From Verrucomicrobiia bacterium (GTDB lineage: Bacteria > Verrucomicrobiota > Verrucomicrobiia > JADLBR01 > JAIBCM01), in NCBI GenBank assembly GCA_019694135.1, contig JAIBCM010000005.1:34541-98540 (forward strand): a stretch of 64,000 nucleotides of DNA, in the 5' to 3' direction. Of the stretch, positions 19,201 to 29,090 are shown one piece after another. The notes beneath the pieces were generated by a model. That model made no database searches. It saw only the letters and a program-made list of their open reading frames with translations, and was not told where the DNA came from. How positions within the stretch are numbered: the stretch's first letter is position 1; every line of letters starts with the position of its first letter. Made by a program: the position numbers and the translations under genes.

Positions 19201-19998
19201 ATGATAAACGTATTAAACTTAAACAAAAAATTGTTGATCGGCGTGATTCATCTAGGCCCCTTGCCAGGATCACCCGATTGGTCGCATAATCTTCCCATCC
19301 TCATCGCTCACGCCATTCGCGATGCTAAAGCCTACGAAAAAGGCGGCGCGCACGCACTCATTATGGAAAATTTTGGCGATGCCCCTTTCACTAAAAACTC
19401 TGTCGCACCCGAAACAGTTGCCGCCATGTCCACTATCGCTTATGCCATTCGACAGGAAACCTCGCTTCCTCTCGGCATCAATGTCCTTCGCAACGACGCC
19501 CACGCAGCACTCGCCATCGCCACCGCATGCGGAGGAAGTTTCATCCGTGTCAACGTCCACACAGGCGCCATGCTCACCGATCAAGGCATTATCGAAGGCA
19601 ATGCCTACTACACCTTGCGATTGAAAAAAATGTTAAATCCCAAAATCCACATTTGGGCCGATGTCCATGTCAAACACGCTCTACCCTTAGCGCCTTTCCC
19701 AATCGAAGAAACCGCTCATGACACACTCGAACGCGGCAAAGTCGATGCCATAATCCTTTCTGGTCATAGCACCGGAGATCCTGTTAATTTAGATGAACTC
19801 CAACGCGTGCGAAAAAGTTGTCCTAAAGCTTCTATCGCTTTGGGCAGCGGCGTCACATTGCAAAACATCAAAACCTATCTTCCTTACGCGAACGGTTTTA
19901 TTGTTGGCTCTTCATTAAAAAAACAAGGGAAACTATTCAATCCCGTCGACCCCAAACGAGTTAGCCAATTAGTTCAAGCTATCTGGAATGCTAATTAA
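19201..19998 (+). CDS. BtpA/SgcQ family TIM-barrel protein
   Basis: IGVIHLGPLPGSP, MENFGDAPF, GINVLRND, FIRVNV, ADVHVKH, IVGSSLK. Confidence 0.9.
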   Translation: MINVLNLNKKLLIGVIHLGPLPGSPDWSHNLPILIAHAIRDAKAYEKGGAHALIMENFGDAPFTKNSVAPETVAAMSTIAYAIRQETSLPLGINVLRNDAHAALAIATACGGSFIRVNVHTGAMLTDQGIIEGNAYYTLRLKKMLNPKIHIWADVHVKHALPLAPFPIEETAHDTLERGKVDAIILSGHSTGDPVNLDELQRVRKSCPKASIALGSGVTLQNIKTYLPYANGFIVGSSLKKQGKLFNPVDPKRVSQLVQAIWNAN

Positions 19999-20142
19999 AA
20001 ATAAGCCTTGTTAATAGATTTTCCAAAATAACAGCTGTTAACAAAATTTTTAAGAAAAAATTATTGATAAAAATTTGTTTTTTTAAAAAAAGTAATTTAT
20101 ATATAAAACAAATTATATAAAATTAACTAGAAGGAAAAAGTT

Positions 20143-22509
20143 ATGAAAAAAATATTATTTCTATGCTTTTTATTAAATATAAGCCATTTTGGATCAGCTC
20201 AAAATTTTGTTAATGCTGGATTAACCAATGTCGCCGAAAATGGCGATTGGGTGCAAGCTGTCGTTATGGCAGTAGCCACTGATAATAATAACAATTGTTT
20301 TGTAACAGGAGTTTACGGCAGTGGTGATTTTTCGGCTAAAAGCACTTTGGATTTTGAACCCAGTCCTCTGAAAAAAGTGGAACTACAAGGATTGGGCGAT
20401 CAAATGTTTATTGCCAAATACTCCCCTTCAGGAGCACTAATATGGATAAAACAAATTCCCGCCTTTGAAGATTGCCTGCCTCGCTCAATCGCGGTCGATC
20501 CCAAGACTCAGGACATTGTTATTATTGGACAATTCATCTTTAAAATTGATTTCGATCCAGGTCCTGGCGAGTTTTTTCTTAATAACGAAGAAGAAAGCAA
20601 ACAGACTTTCGTTTTAAAATTAAATAACCAGGGAAATTTTGTCTGGGCAAAACAGTTGCGAGGCAACACCAAAGCCACCGAAGAAGGAGGTGTTGATTAC
20701 TCGAGACCTTTTGATCTTGTTATCAATTCTAATGGCAATATTTTTATTACAGGAGAATTTTCTAACAGCGTTGATTTTGATCCTAGTGATAAGGAATTTT
20801 TTTTGGAAACAAAACTCTTTGAAGGCAGTAACGTTTTTGTCTGGGCTTTGAATGCTTCTGGCAATTTTTTGTGGGCTAAAGAATGGGGATGGCAAGGCGG
20901 TGGAAGCACTAATTCCGGCGTGGAACGTGGTACTGCCGTGGCTGTGGATAACATAGGTCATCTTTATGTCGGTGGAACTTTTGGAAAAACCATTTTTTTT
21001 GAAATCAACAATGGAGTGCTTGCCCTTCCAAGCGCCGGTGAATCGGATAGTTTCGTTCTTAAATTAGACGCAAGCAATGGGAAAGAAATATGGGCCAAGC
21101 GCATCGGCGGTCCCGCCAATGATCTTATTAATTCCATCGAAGTGAATCGCGCCCAACAAGTAATCATCGCAGGAAATTTTTCGCAAACATGCGACTTTAA
21201 TCCCGGCCCTGCTTTTTTTCCCCTTACTAGCGCAGGAGATGTCGATGGTTTTGTTGCCACACTTGATCACAATGGTGAGCTGGTTTGGGCCAAAAAGATT
21301 GGTGGTGCCAAATTTGACCAAATCGATGCTATGGCTTTAGATCGCAAACAAATTACCGAACCTTTTAGTCCTGAAGATATCGTTATTACAGGCACCTTCA
21401 CCGAGAACGTCGATTTTGATCTAGGCCCAGGTGAATTTTTTATGAAAGGGTTAAGCGAAAGCACTATTTTCTACGAGAAAATGAATAGTTCGGGCAATCT
21501 TATATGGGCCCAAAAGCTAAATGGAGGCGGCGCAATTATACCACAACTGGGCCGAGGAACACGTGCAGAAGGTGTCGCCATAGACAATCTGGGTGATGTC
21601 ATTTTAGGTGGCGGCTACGATGTTTCCGCTGACTTAGATCCAGGCCCCGGCTTAGCTCTCTTTACCACTCCAGGTGTGGCAAAAGTTCATTACTTTTGTG
21701 CTAAATATAATGGCGACAATGGATTGTTACGGGCCATTACCCCGCAATTCAATGAAGACATAAAAACCGACATCATTTTTCAAAATACTCTCACTGGCAC
21801 TAATGAAGTCTGGTTGATGAATGGTCACCTCAAACTCCAAAGCTCCCAAATCCAAAAGGAAAACTTTTCCCCTTCACCAGAATGGCGCATTGCCGCTGTG
21901 GGAGATTTTAATCGAGACGTTAAATCAGATCTCATCATGGAAAACACCCTCACCGGTCAAAGACAAATTTGGCTAATGAACCGATTTGCCCCTGGCCAAA
22001 TAAAGTCTACCGTTTCCCTTCCAGGTGTTGGCACGCAATGGCGTATTGCTGCCACAGGCGAATTTAATAATGATGGCTGCACCGACATCGTTTGGGAAAA
22101 TAAAGAAACCGGGGATAGAGCCGTCTGGTTGCTCTACAACACCTCTGTCTTTTCAGGCGCATTTATCGCAACTGTTCCCACCGATTGGAAAATTGTTGGC
22201 ACAGGTTTCTTCGATGATAACGAAAGAACTGATTTATTATGGCAAAATAGCAGAACCAAAGAGCGCGTGATCTGGACGATGGACGGAACAATCATCCAAT
22301 CTTTTTTCTCTTTTGGAAAGTCTGGCAATTGGGAATTTGTTGGAAGCGGATTTTTTAATAACGACGATCGTTCTGACATTATTCTCGAAAACAAAGGCAC
22401 ATCGCAACGAGTCATCTGGTTATTAGACGACGCCAATAATTTTATCGCGCAAAAAAATGCGATCGTCCTACCCAATTTTTCAGCCGATTGGGAAGTAAGA
22501 AATCGTTAA
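20143..22509 (+). CDS. Secreted beta-propeller (SBBP-like repeats) + C-terminal FG-GAP-like repeat protein
   Basis: Signal peptide; repeated DFDPGPG and W(A/I)K..GG units; four C-terminal G.F(N/D).D...D(I/L)...N..T...(I/V)W repeats. Confidence 0.8.
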   Translation: MKKILFLCFLLNISHFGSAQNFVNAGLTNVAENGDWVQAVVMAVATDNNNNCFVTGVYGSGDFSAKSTLDFEPSPLKKVELQGLGDQMFIAKYSPSGALIWIKQIPAFEDCLPRSIAVDPKTQDIVIIGQFIFKIDFDPGPGEFFLNNEEESKQTFVLKLNNQGNFVWAKQLRGNTKATEEGGVDYSRPFDLVINSNGNIFITGEFSNSVDFDPSDKEFFLETKLFEGSNVFVWALNASGNFLWAKEWGWQGGGSTNSGVERGTAVAVDNIGHLYVGGTFGKTIFFEINNGVLALPSAGESDSFVLKLDASNGKEIWAKRIGGPANDLINSIEVNRAQQVIIAGNFSQTCDFNPGPAFFPLTSAGDVDGFVATLDHNGELVWAKKIGGAKFDQIDAMALDRKQITEPFSPEDIVITGTFTENVDFDLGPGEFFMKGLSESTIFYEKMNSSGNLIWAQKLNGGGAIIPQLGRGTRAEGVAIDNLGDVILGGGYDVSADLDPGPGLALFTTPGVAKVHYFCAKYNGDNGLLRAITPQFNEDIKTDIIFQNTLTGTNEVWLMNGHLKLQSSQIQKENFSPSPEWRIAAVGDFNRDVKSDLIMENTLTGQRQIWLMNRFAPGQIKSTVSLPGVGTQWRIAATGEFNNDGCTDIVWENKETGDRAVWLLYNTSVFSGAFIATVPTDWKIVGTGFFDDNERTDLLWQNSRTKERVIWTMDGTIIQSFFSFGKSGNWEFVGSGFFNNDDRSDIILENKGTSQRVIWLLDDANNFIAQKNAIVLPNFSADWEVRNR

Positions 22510-22541
22510 TAGATAACTCTTGTCTCAAAAACTCTCCGCAC

Positions 22542-22577
22542 TCTCGCTGTCAAAAAAATTTGGCAGCGAGATTTTGT
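22542..22577 (+). terminator. Intrinsic terminator-like hairpin
   Basis: TCTCGCTGTCAAA/TTTGGCAGCGAGA stem followed by TTTTG. Confidence 0.6.
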
Positions 22578-22666
22578 TATTTTCATACCCTCTTAAAAAC
22601 CAAACATTGCATAATAGGTCTGCCCTCTTATAATAAAGAATCTAAAATTGTTAATTCTTATTTTTA

Positions 22667-23116
22667 ATGAAACTTAATCTAGAAAGCACTCATATGAAGT
22701 TAAGCATCATCAAATTTTTTCTCGTTTTAACCCTAACATCGGGAATCATTACAATTAATGCAAGTAACGCCGAAAGAGTCAAAACAAGTAAAGGTTATCG
22801 CTTAGACACTACCCAATGGAAAACTGTTCCTCTCAAAGATGTTGAGGATTTTAAAACACTACGAAAAGGCGATAAAATCGCTGTTTATTGTCCCATGAAA
22901 AAGCGATACATGGTCACAACCTTACGCAATGCCGATTCAAAAGGACGCGTAAAAATTAGAGAGGCCAGATCAAGTTGGGATATGGAAGAGTGCGGCGTTG
23001 TTTTAAAACGCAAACCAGGAAAAAGAGAAGTTCAACCTATGATTGTGTGTCCTGATGGCACGCTGAATCCGACCACTTGTAAAAAGTTAGTTCCGATTAA
23101 AGAATCAAAGAAATAA
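22667..23116 (+). CDS. Small secreted basic protein with four Cys
   Basis: Signal-like N-terminus from MKLSIIK; lies directly upstream of copA. Confidence 0.65.
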   Translation: MKLNLESTHMKLSIIKFFLVLTLTSGIITINASNAERVKTSKGYRLDTTQWKTVPLKDVEDFKTLRKGDKIAVYCPMKKRYMVTTLRNADSKGRVKIREARSSWDMEECGVVLKRKPGKREVQPMIVCPDGTLNPTTCKKLVPIKESKK

Positions 23117-23190
23117 CAATACGATCTACATCAAACAGTTTTAAAAAAGCTTGGCTAGCAAAGGTTAGTGCCACAACTCATTATTAACTA

Positions 23191-25380
23191 ATGCACTCCC
23201 ATTCTTCAGAACATAGCTGTTGTCATTCCCATGGAGAAAAACCAAAGTTTCAACCAACTTCTGGGCGACAAATCTGGACTTGCCCCATGCATACTGAAAT
23301 TCGGCAAGCACACCCAGGTTCTTGCCCAATATGCGGAATGGCTTTAGAACCGGTTTCCGCTTCGGTCGAAACCGAGGAAAAAAATCATGAACTGCAAACT
23401 ATGCAAAAAAGATTTGGGATGGCTGGGCTACTTACTTTACCTGTTCTTCTATTGACAATGGGAGAAAAATTGCCCTTCATTCGAAATCTTAATCCGACTC
23501 TTTCAATTTGGATTCAATTTCTTCTAAGCACACCCGTTGTTTTATGGGCGGGCTGGCCTTTTTTTGTTCGCGCCTGGCAGTCCCTCCTTCATCGCCGCTT
23601 AAATATGTTTACTCTAATCACGTTAGGCGTCGGAGCGGCTTATCTTTATAGTATAATAGCACTTTTTTTCCCAAATTTATTTCCGCCGTCTTTTAAACAT
23701 CACGGAATATTAAGTGTTTATTTTGAAGCTGCGGCTGTCATTACAGTTTTAGTATTACTAGGCCAAGTGCTAGAATTAAAAGCTCGTGCTGGAACCAGTG
23801 CAGCCATCAGAGCGCTGCTTAATTTAGCGCCCAAAACTGCGCGACGAATTCGAAATGGGCAAGAAGAAGAAGAAGTTCCTTTGGATAAAATCGTCAAAGG
23901 CGATCTGTTGCGAATCAAGCCAGGCGATAAAATTCCGGTTGATGGAGTCGTTGAAGAAGGAAAAAGTGCAGTCGATGAATCCATGATTACGGGCGAGCCT
24001 ATTCCTGTGGCAAAAGAAACGGAAAGTCGTGTAACAGGTGGAACAGTAAATGGCACGGGGAGTTTTGTCATGCGCGCAGAACGCGTAGGTGAAGAAACGC
24101 TATTAGCCCAAATTGTGGAGATGGTAGCTAAAGCACAACGCAGTCGTGCGCCTATTCAACGTTTAGCCGATATTGTTTCAAGTTGGTTTGTGCCTGCGGT
24201 GGTTGTCGTGGCTTTGATCACTTTTTTAGTTTGGTTCAATTGGGGACCTGAACCACGTTTTGTCTATGGGCTAATCAATGCAGTTGCCGTGCTTATTATT
24301 GCTTGCCCCTGCGCTTTGGGTTTGGCCACCCCGATGTCAATTATGGTGGGAGTCGGTCGAGGCGCCCAAATGGGAATTTTGATTAAAAATGCCGAAGCTT
24401 TAGAAACACTTGAAAAAGTCAAAGTGCTAGTTGTAGATAAAACAGGAACCCTGACAGAAGGAAAACCCAGAGTGACAAAAGTCCATTCAATTCCGAGCAT
24501 TAATGAAAATGAATTTTTAAAATGGACAGCTTCTGTAGAATCTCGAAGCGAACACCCTCTGGCTGCAGCAATAGTTCGAGAAGCCAAAGAACGAAATTTA
24601 GAACTTACAACGGTAGAACAATTTGAATCCATTACCGGAGGAGGTGTGACTGGAACAGTTTTAGGAAAAAAAATATTAATTGGTCAGGTTTCGTTTCTGA
24701 AACAGCAAAATATTACACTCCCTTCCGATTTCGAATCAGAAACCGATCAATTACGTCAACAAGGAAACACAGTTATTTTTGTGGCCGCCGACAGCAAAGT
24801 GACAGGATTTATTGCGCTTTCCGATCCTCTGAAGAAAACAACCGCAGAAGCAATCGCAGTATTGCATAAACAAAAATTAAAAATCGTGATGCTCACCGGT
24901 GATAATCCTAAAACAGCCAAGCATATTGCAGATCAGCTTGGCATTGATGAAGTGATGGCGGAGGTGAGCCCTAAAGACAAAAACGAAAAAATATTAACTT
25001 TAAAAGTGAAAGGAAATCGGGTCGCGATGGCCGGCGATGGCGTGAATGATGCCCCAGCACTCGCCGCAGCCGATGTCGGAATTGCCATGGGCAGTGGAAC
25101 TGACGTGGCTATTGAAAGCGCGGGAATTACTTTGGTAAAAGGTGATTTAAGAGGAATTGCCCAATCCATTGCGCTTAGTCGAGCCACCATGCACAATATC
25201 CGACAAAATCTAATCTTTGCTTTTCTTTATAATGCTCTTGGTATTCCACTCGCAGCAGGCGTGCTTTATCCAAATTTTGGATTATTGCTTAACCCTATGT
25301 TTGCCAGCGCTGCCATGGCGCTCAGTAGCGTGTCGGTTATTGCCAACAGTTTGCGTTTAAAGCGATTTGATGCATGTTGA
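23191..25380 (+). CDS. copA: Cu(I)/Ag(I)-translocating P1B-type ATPase
   Basis: His/Cys-rich N-terminus, WTCPMH...CPICGM, TGEP, CPC, DKTGT, HPL, GDGVND, YN, and final-[11 protein letters not shown]. Confidence 0.93.
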   Translation: MHSHSSEHSCCHSHGEKPKFQPTSGRQIWTCPMHTEIRQAHPGSCPICGMALEPVSASVETEEKNHELQTMQKRFGMAGLLTLPVLLLTMGEKLPFIRNLNPTLSIWIQFLLSTPVVLWAGWPFFVRAWQSLLHRRLNMFTLITLGVGAAYLYSIIALFFPNLFPPSFKHHGILSVYFEAAAVITVLVLLGQVLELKARAGTSAAIRALLNLAPKTARRIRNGQEEEEVPLDKIVKGDLLRIKPGDKIPVDGVVEEGKSAVDESMITGEPIPVAKETESRVTGGTVNGTGSFVMRAERVGEETLLAQIVEMVAKAQRSRAPIQRLADIVSSWFVPAVVVVALITFLVWFNWGPEPRFVYGLINAVAVLIIACPCALGLATPMSIMVGVGRGAQMGILIKNAEALETLEKVKVLVVDKTGTLTEGKPRVTKVHSIPSINENEFLKWTASVESRSEHPLAAAIVREAKERNLELTTVEQFESITGGGVTGTVLGKKILIGQVSFLKQQNITLPSDFESETDQLRQQGNTVIFVAADSKVTGFIALSDPLKKTTAEAIAVLHKQKLKIVMLTGDNPKTAKHIADQLGIDEVMAEVSPKDKNEKILTLKVKGNRVAMAGDGVNDAPALAAADVGIAMGSGTDVAIESAGITLVKGDLRGIAQSIALSRATMHNIRQNLIFAFLYNALGIPLAAGVLYPNFGLLLNPMFASAAMALSSVSVIANSLRLKRFDAC

Positions 25381-25407
25381 GAAAAAAGAAACAAAACATC
25401 ATCAATT

Positions 25408-26655
25408 ATGAATAACTCTAGGAAAAATTCTATGAAAATCTCCCTAACTGTTGTCAGTTTGTCTTTGTTCATGTTTTTATTCACGCCTTACTTCGTTTTA
25501 GGCAATCCCGAGGAGCACGAAAAACCCGATTCTTCAGCCACATCTACCAATCGAGTGATAATATATCCTGCGATCTACGAAGCTTGGCAATCCATACAAA
25601 ATGCTGCGGATGAAATTGGAGATTTTATCACTTCCACCAATTTCACTCCCATTAAAGATTTACATAAAAAAATCAGCTCTGGAATAGAATATGTTCGCAC
25701 GAACAGCGCTCAATTTACAGAAGAACAAGGTGAAAATTTGGAAGAAGCGTGGAATGATGTTGAAAAAGCCGCAATTAATTTGCAAAAAGCTGCGGATGAA
25801 AATTTGGTGGAACCCACCAAACGCGAATACGAAGAGCTAAAAAAAGCTTTAAAATCGGTTGAAATAAAATATCCCAAAGGTTTTCTCCATGACACGAATG
25901 GTCATGTGGCACGAGTGGTGGTTTCTGAAGTAACGACAGTACCGTCTGATTTTGCGGTAGCTGCCCAATCTTTGGAGGGAGCTCTGAAAGTCGATGACGA
26001 GGCCGAAATCCTTATTCAGTTTAAACAAAGAGATGGTTCTCCGATTTCGGTTGACGATTTAAAAAGATTTGAAAATCAAAAAATCCCTATCTTAACAGTA
26101 GATCCTAGTTTAACGGATTACCATCATAAGCAGCTTATTCCCACCAAAAATCCCGGTGAATACCAATTTAGTTTTACACCTAAAAAACCAGGCCCTTATC
26201 GTGTGTGGATCGACACCTCGCTTTTGGAGAAGAGGGAGCAAAAGTTTTTGATGATTGATTTACCCGCAGAAAGCCGAGGTGAACTCATTACCGATCGTGA
26301 TTCTAACTATTTAAGCAAAACAGACGGTCTTACATTTGCTCTTACTTTAGGCAAAAATCTTAAAGTTAATGAATCAGTTTTGGGCAAAATAAAAATTACG
26401 AATGATAAAAATGAAGTCGTTAACGACCTAGAAGCCGTTATGGATGAGTATGCTCATATTGTAGCTTTTCATGAGGACTATCAAACCGTTGTGCATACCC
26501 ATCCGATAGGTATTGAGCCCATCAAAGATTTGGAGAAAACGGGTGAATTGAGTTTTTACTTCACCCCCAAAAAATCTGGCCTTATGCGAATCTTCGTACA
26601 AGCACGAATCGATGGCGAAGATCAATTTGCTCGGTTTACCGTTTTAGTGCCATAA
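25408..26655 (+). CDS. Exported protein with two His-bearing beta domains, probably metal-handling
   Basis: N-terminal TM/signal; duplicated units DYHHKQLIP...F.F.PKK.G.YR and HIVAFH...VHTHP...FYFTPKKSG.MR; downstream of copA. Confidence 0.65.
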   Translation: MNNSRKNSMKISLTVVSLSLFMFLFTPYFVLGNPEEHEKPDSSATSTNRVIIYPAIYEAWQSIQNAADEIGDFITSTNFTPIKDLHKKISSGIEYVRTNSAQFTEEQGENLEEAWNDVEKAAINLQKAADENLVEPTKREYEELKKALKSVEIKYPKGFLHDTNGHVARVVVSEVTTVPSDFAVAAQSLEGALKVDDEAEILIQFKQRDGSPISVDDLKRFENQKIPILTVDPSLTDYHHKQLIPTKNPGEYQFSFTPKKPGPYRVWIDTSLLEKREQKFLMIDLPAESRGELITDRDSNYLSKTDGLTFALTLGKNLKVNESVLGKIKITNDKNEVVNDLEAVMDEYAHIVAFHEDYQTVVHTHPIGIEPIKDLEKTGELSFYFTPKKSGLMRIFVQARIDGEDQFARFTVLVP

Positions 26656-26685
26656 TTACTTTTAAATCATTAAGCTTAAAAAATA

Positions 26686-26714
26686 AAGGCGCGTTAGTTG
26701 AACGCGCTTTTTTT
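26686..26714 (+). terminator. Intrinsic terminator
   Basis: GCGCGTT-AGTTG-AACGCGC followed by T7. Confidence 0.75.
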
Positions 26715-26781
26715 GTTAAACACGCGTGACTAATCACATCAATAACGGTAATAAGTCGATGATCAATCAAAAGGAAAATTT

Positions 26782-27597
26782 ATGGAATACACTCAAAATC
26801 AAAATAGCAGTGCTAAATTTATTATAATTACTATTTTTTCAATTATTGTATTGCTAGCGGCTCTTGGCTTTTTATTAGGTTGTTGGGCAATTATTCCTCC
26901 AGGCCATCGCGGGGTTTCGGTTATTTTAGGTAAAGTGAATCCTAGCGCTCTACCTGAGGGATTTACTTTTAAACGACCGTTTGTTGAAACGATTATCAAG
27001 GTGCCCATTCAACAACTTACTGTGAGCGGAACAACAAGCTGTTTTTCTTCCGATTTGCAAACGGTTAACATTGCTTACTCAGTTCTTTATCGCTTGCCTG
27101 AAAGTAAAGTCGTAGAACTCTACCAACAATTCGCGGGCGATCCTTATCACACACTGGTGGAACCTCGGTTGCAAGAAGCCATCAAACAAGTCACGGCACA
27201 ATTTCGCGCAGAAGATGTCGTAAAAAATCGTGAAAAAATAAAGCAAACCGCCTTAATCAAATTACAACAAGAATTGGCCGGATTGGTCGACGTGAGAGAT
27301 GTTCCCATTACTAACATTGATCTTACTGATGAATTAGAACGTGCCATCGAATTAAAACAAGTCACCGAACAACAAGCGCTCGCCAAAGTTTACGAACTTC
27401 AAAAAGCGCAACGTGATGCTGAAATTACCATTGTTAACGCCAAAGCTGAGGCCGAAGCCGTTCGTATCAAAGGCGAAGCATTAGCAAATAGCCCTCGCGT
27501 TGTTGATCTAGAAATTGCCAAACGCTGGAACGGCCAGTCGCCTCAAAGCGTTGTGGTTTCTCAAGGTGGCGCCAATGTATTACTACCCTTGAGATAA
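26782..27597 (+). CDS. SPFH/prohibitin (band 7) family protein
   Basis: N-terminal TM, IIPPGHRGV, SSDLQTV, AIELKQ..EQ coiled coil, RWNGQ.P. Confidence 0.9.
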   Translation: MEYTQNQNSSAKFIIITIFSIIVLLAALGFLLGCWAIIPPGHRGVSVILGKVNPSALPEGFTFKRPFVETIIKVPIQQLTVSGTTSCFSSDLQTVNIAYSVLYRLPESKVVELYQQFAGDPYHTLVEPRLQEAIKQVTAQFRAEDVVKNREKIKQTALIKLQQELAGLVDVRDVPITNIDLTDELERAIELKQVTEQQALAKVYELQKAQRDAEITIVNAKAEAEAVRIKGEALANSPRVVDLEIAKRWNGQSPQSVVVSQGGANVLLPLR

Positions 27598-27616
27598 AAT
27601 AACAATTTTTAAAACC

Positions 27617-28054
27617 ATGAAAACATTTCTATTTTGTTTACTTGGCCTAACCCTTAGTGCTTTGGCCGATCCTCCTCAATCTCCCATTCCTTCGGAAGTC
27701 CTTGTGGCAACGGATCTCGTCCCGGCAAAAGATTTTAAATTATGGAAAGAAAACGATCGAAAAAAATATAATGGCACCTATTCCGGTGATGTAGGCGGCG
27801 ACACAGAAGGAGTTTTAACCGTTAATTTCGAACAAAAAGTAACCGATCTTTCACTAAAAACATCTGATTTTCTTGCCGCAGGCATTTACCGACAAAAAAC
27901 ACCCAACACACCCGAAACTGTCGTGCTCTATAAAAATGCTCCCTCGTACGAAGACAGCGTCATCAATACAGGCCCCTTTTCTATCATTTTTGTAATTTTC
28001 GAAAAGCAAAAAGGCGCGATCATCGGCAACATTTTTTTACCTAGAAAAAAATAG
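27617..28054 (+). CDS. Hypothetical secreted protein
   Basis: Signal peptide MKTFLFCLLGLTLSALA; no family recognised. Confidence 0.6.
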   Translation: MKTFLFCLLGLTLSALADPPQSPIPSEVLVATDLVPAKDFKLWKENDRKKYNGTYSGDVGGDTEGVLTVNFEQKVTDLSLKTSDFLAAGIYRQKTPNTPETVVLYKNAPSYEDSVINTGPFSIIFVIFEKQKGAIIGNIFLPRKK

Positions 28055-28127
28055 TCATTTTTTTCTCATTCCACTAAATTTTGCAAAGAGATTGGATTTT
28101 AAAAATGATTTCAAATATAGTTAAACT

Positions 28128-28664
28128 ATGATGGAAAATGTTAAACCGGTTCCAACTTACGGACGTTGGGTAATTCTTCTCACTTTAATTATTAATGGTG
28201 CAGTAGCCTACCTCTTCTTTACTGAAGGTTATCAAGGAAAGATTGGCTTTGATCTTCGAATTCTTCCTAAAATTAATGCTATCCTTAATAGCTTCACCAC
28301 CGTTTTTTTACTCGCTGCTTTATTTGCTATCCTAAAAAAACAAGTCCGACTTCACTTCTACTTTATCATCAGCGCTTTCATCACCACCGCACTTTTCCTC
28401 ATCACTTATTTAGTCTACCATTTTTTAGCGGAAACCACTCGCTACGGCGGTACGGGTATCATGGCAGCCCTTTACTACTTTATTCTCATTACCCATGTCT
28501 TTCTCGCCATGGTGATTGTCCCTCTTGCTCTCGTTACCTTCTTTCGCGGCATTCACAACCAAGTTCAAAAACATCGCGCCATCGCTCACTGGACCATGCC
28601 CCTTTGGCTCTACGTCAGCATCACCGGCGTCATCGTTTATCTGATGATCTCGCCTTACTATTAA
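28128..28664 (+). CDS. DUF420 family membrane protein
   Basis: LPKINAILNS, FLITYLVYH, LITHVFLA, HRAIAHWTMPLWLYVSITGVIVYLM. Confidence 0.9.
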   Translation: MMENVKPVPTYGRWVILLTLIINGAVAYLFFTEGYQGKIGFDLRILPKINAILNSFTTVFLLAALFAILKKQVRLHFYFIISAFITTALFLITYLVYHFLAETTRYGGTGIMAALYYFILITHVFLAMVIVPLALVTFFRGIHNQVQKHRAIAHWTMPLWLYVSITGVIVYLMISPYY

Positions 28665-28702
28665 TCAAATAGCCAAATTAGCAACGAATCTATTTTCACC
28701 TA

Positions 28703-29077
28703 CTAAAGGTAAGCTGAAATCAAAAACCTATCATCGTCTTCAATTATGCGAATGCGTTTCATGATTCCGTTTTCCCAAAGTAAATAATTCCAGGGTTGTT
28801 TACTTTCTTCATCAGGCATGGCGATTCGAACATTCTCCATTGCAGCTTCTGCTAAACGTTGAAATAAGGTGGTTTCATCAATATCAAATAAATATAAATC
28901 CATCGATTTCATAAAATCTCCCGAAACAGTTCCAGCCAAAGCACCATTGCGCCGAGCTTCAAGAAACGAATACCTGCCTCCCCAAAAAAGCACATCTCGA
29001 ATATTAATATTGAGGCTTGCAAAAAATTGTCTTTCGGACTCTGCAGAGCCATTAAAAAGAATAGAGCAAGAAATCAT
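28703..29077 (-). CDS. Hypothetical protein (start taken at MISCS; the track start at 29128 overlaps the ABC-F gene)
   Basis: ORF directly downstream of the ABC-F gene; no family recognised. Confidence 0.5.
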   Translation of the reverse strand: MISCSILFNGSAESERQFFASLNINIRDVLFWGGRYSFLEARRNGALAGTVSGDFMKSMDLYLFDIDETTLFQRLAEAAMENVRIAMPDEESKQPWNYLLWENGIMKRIRIIEDDDRFLISAYL

Positions 29078-29090
29078 TATATTTTTCCAA

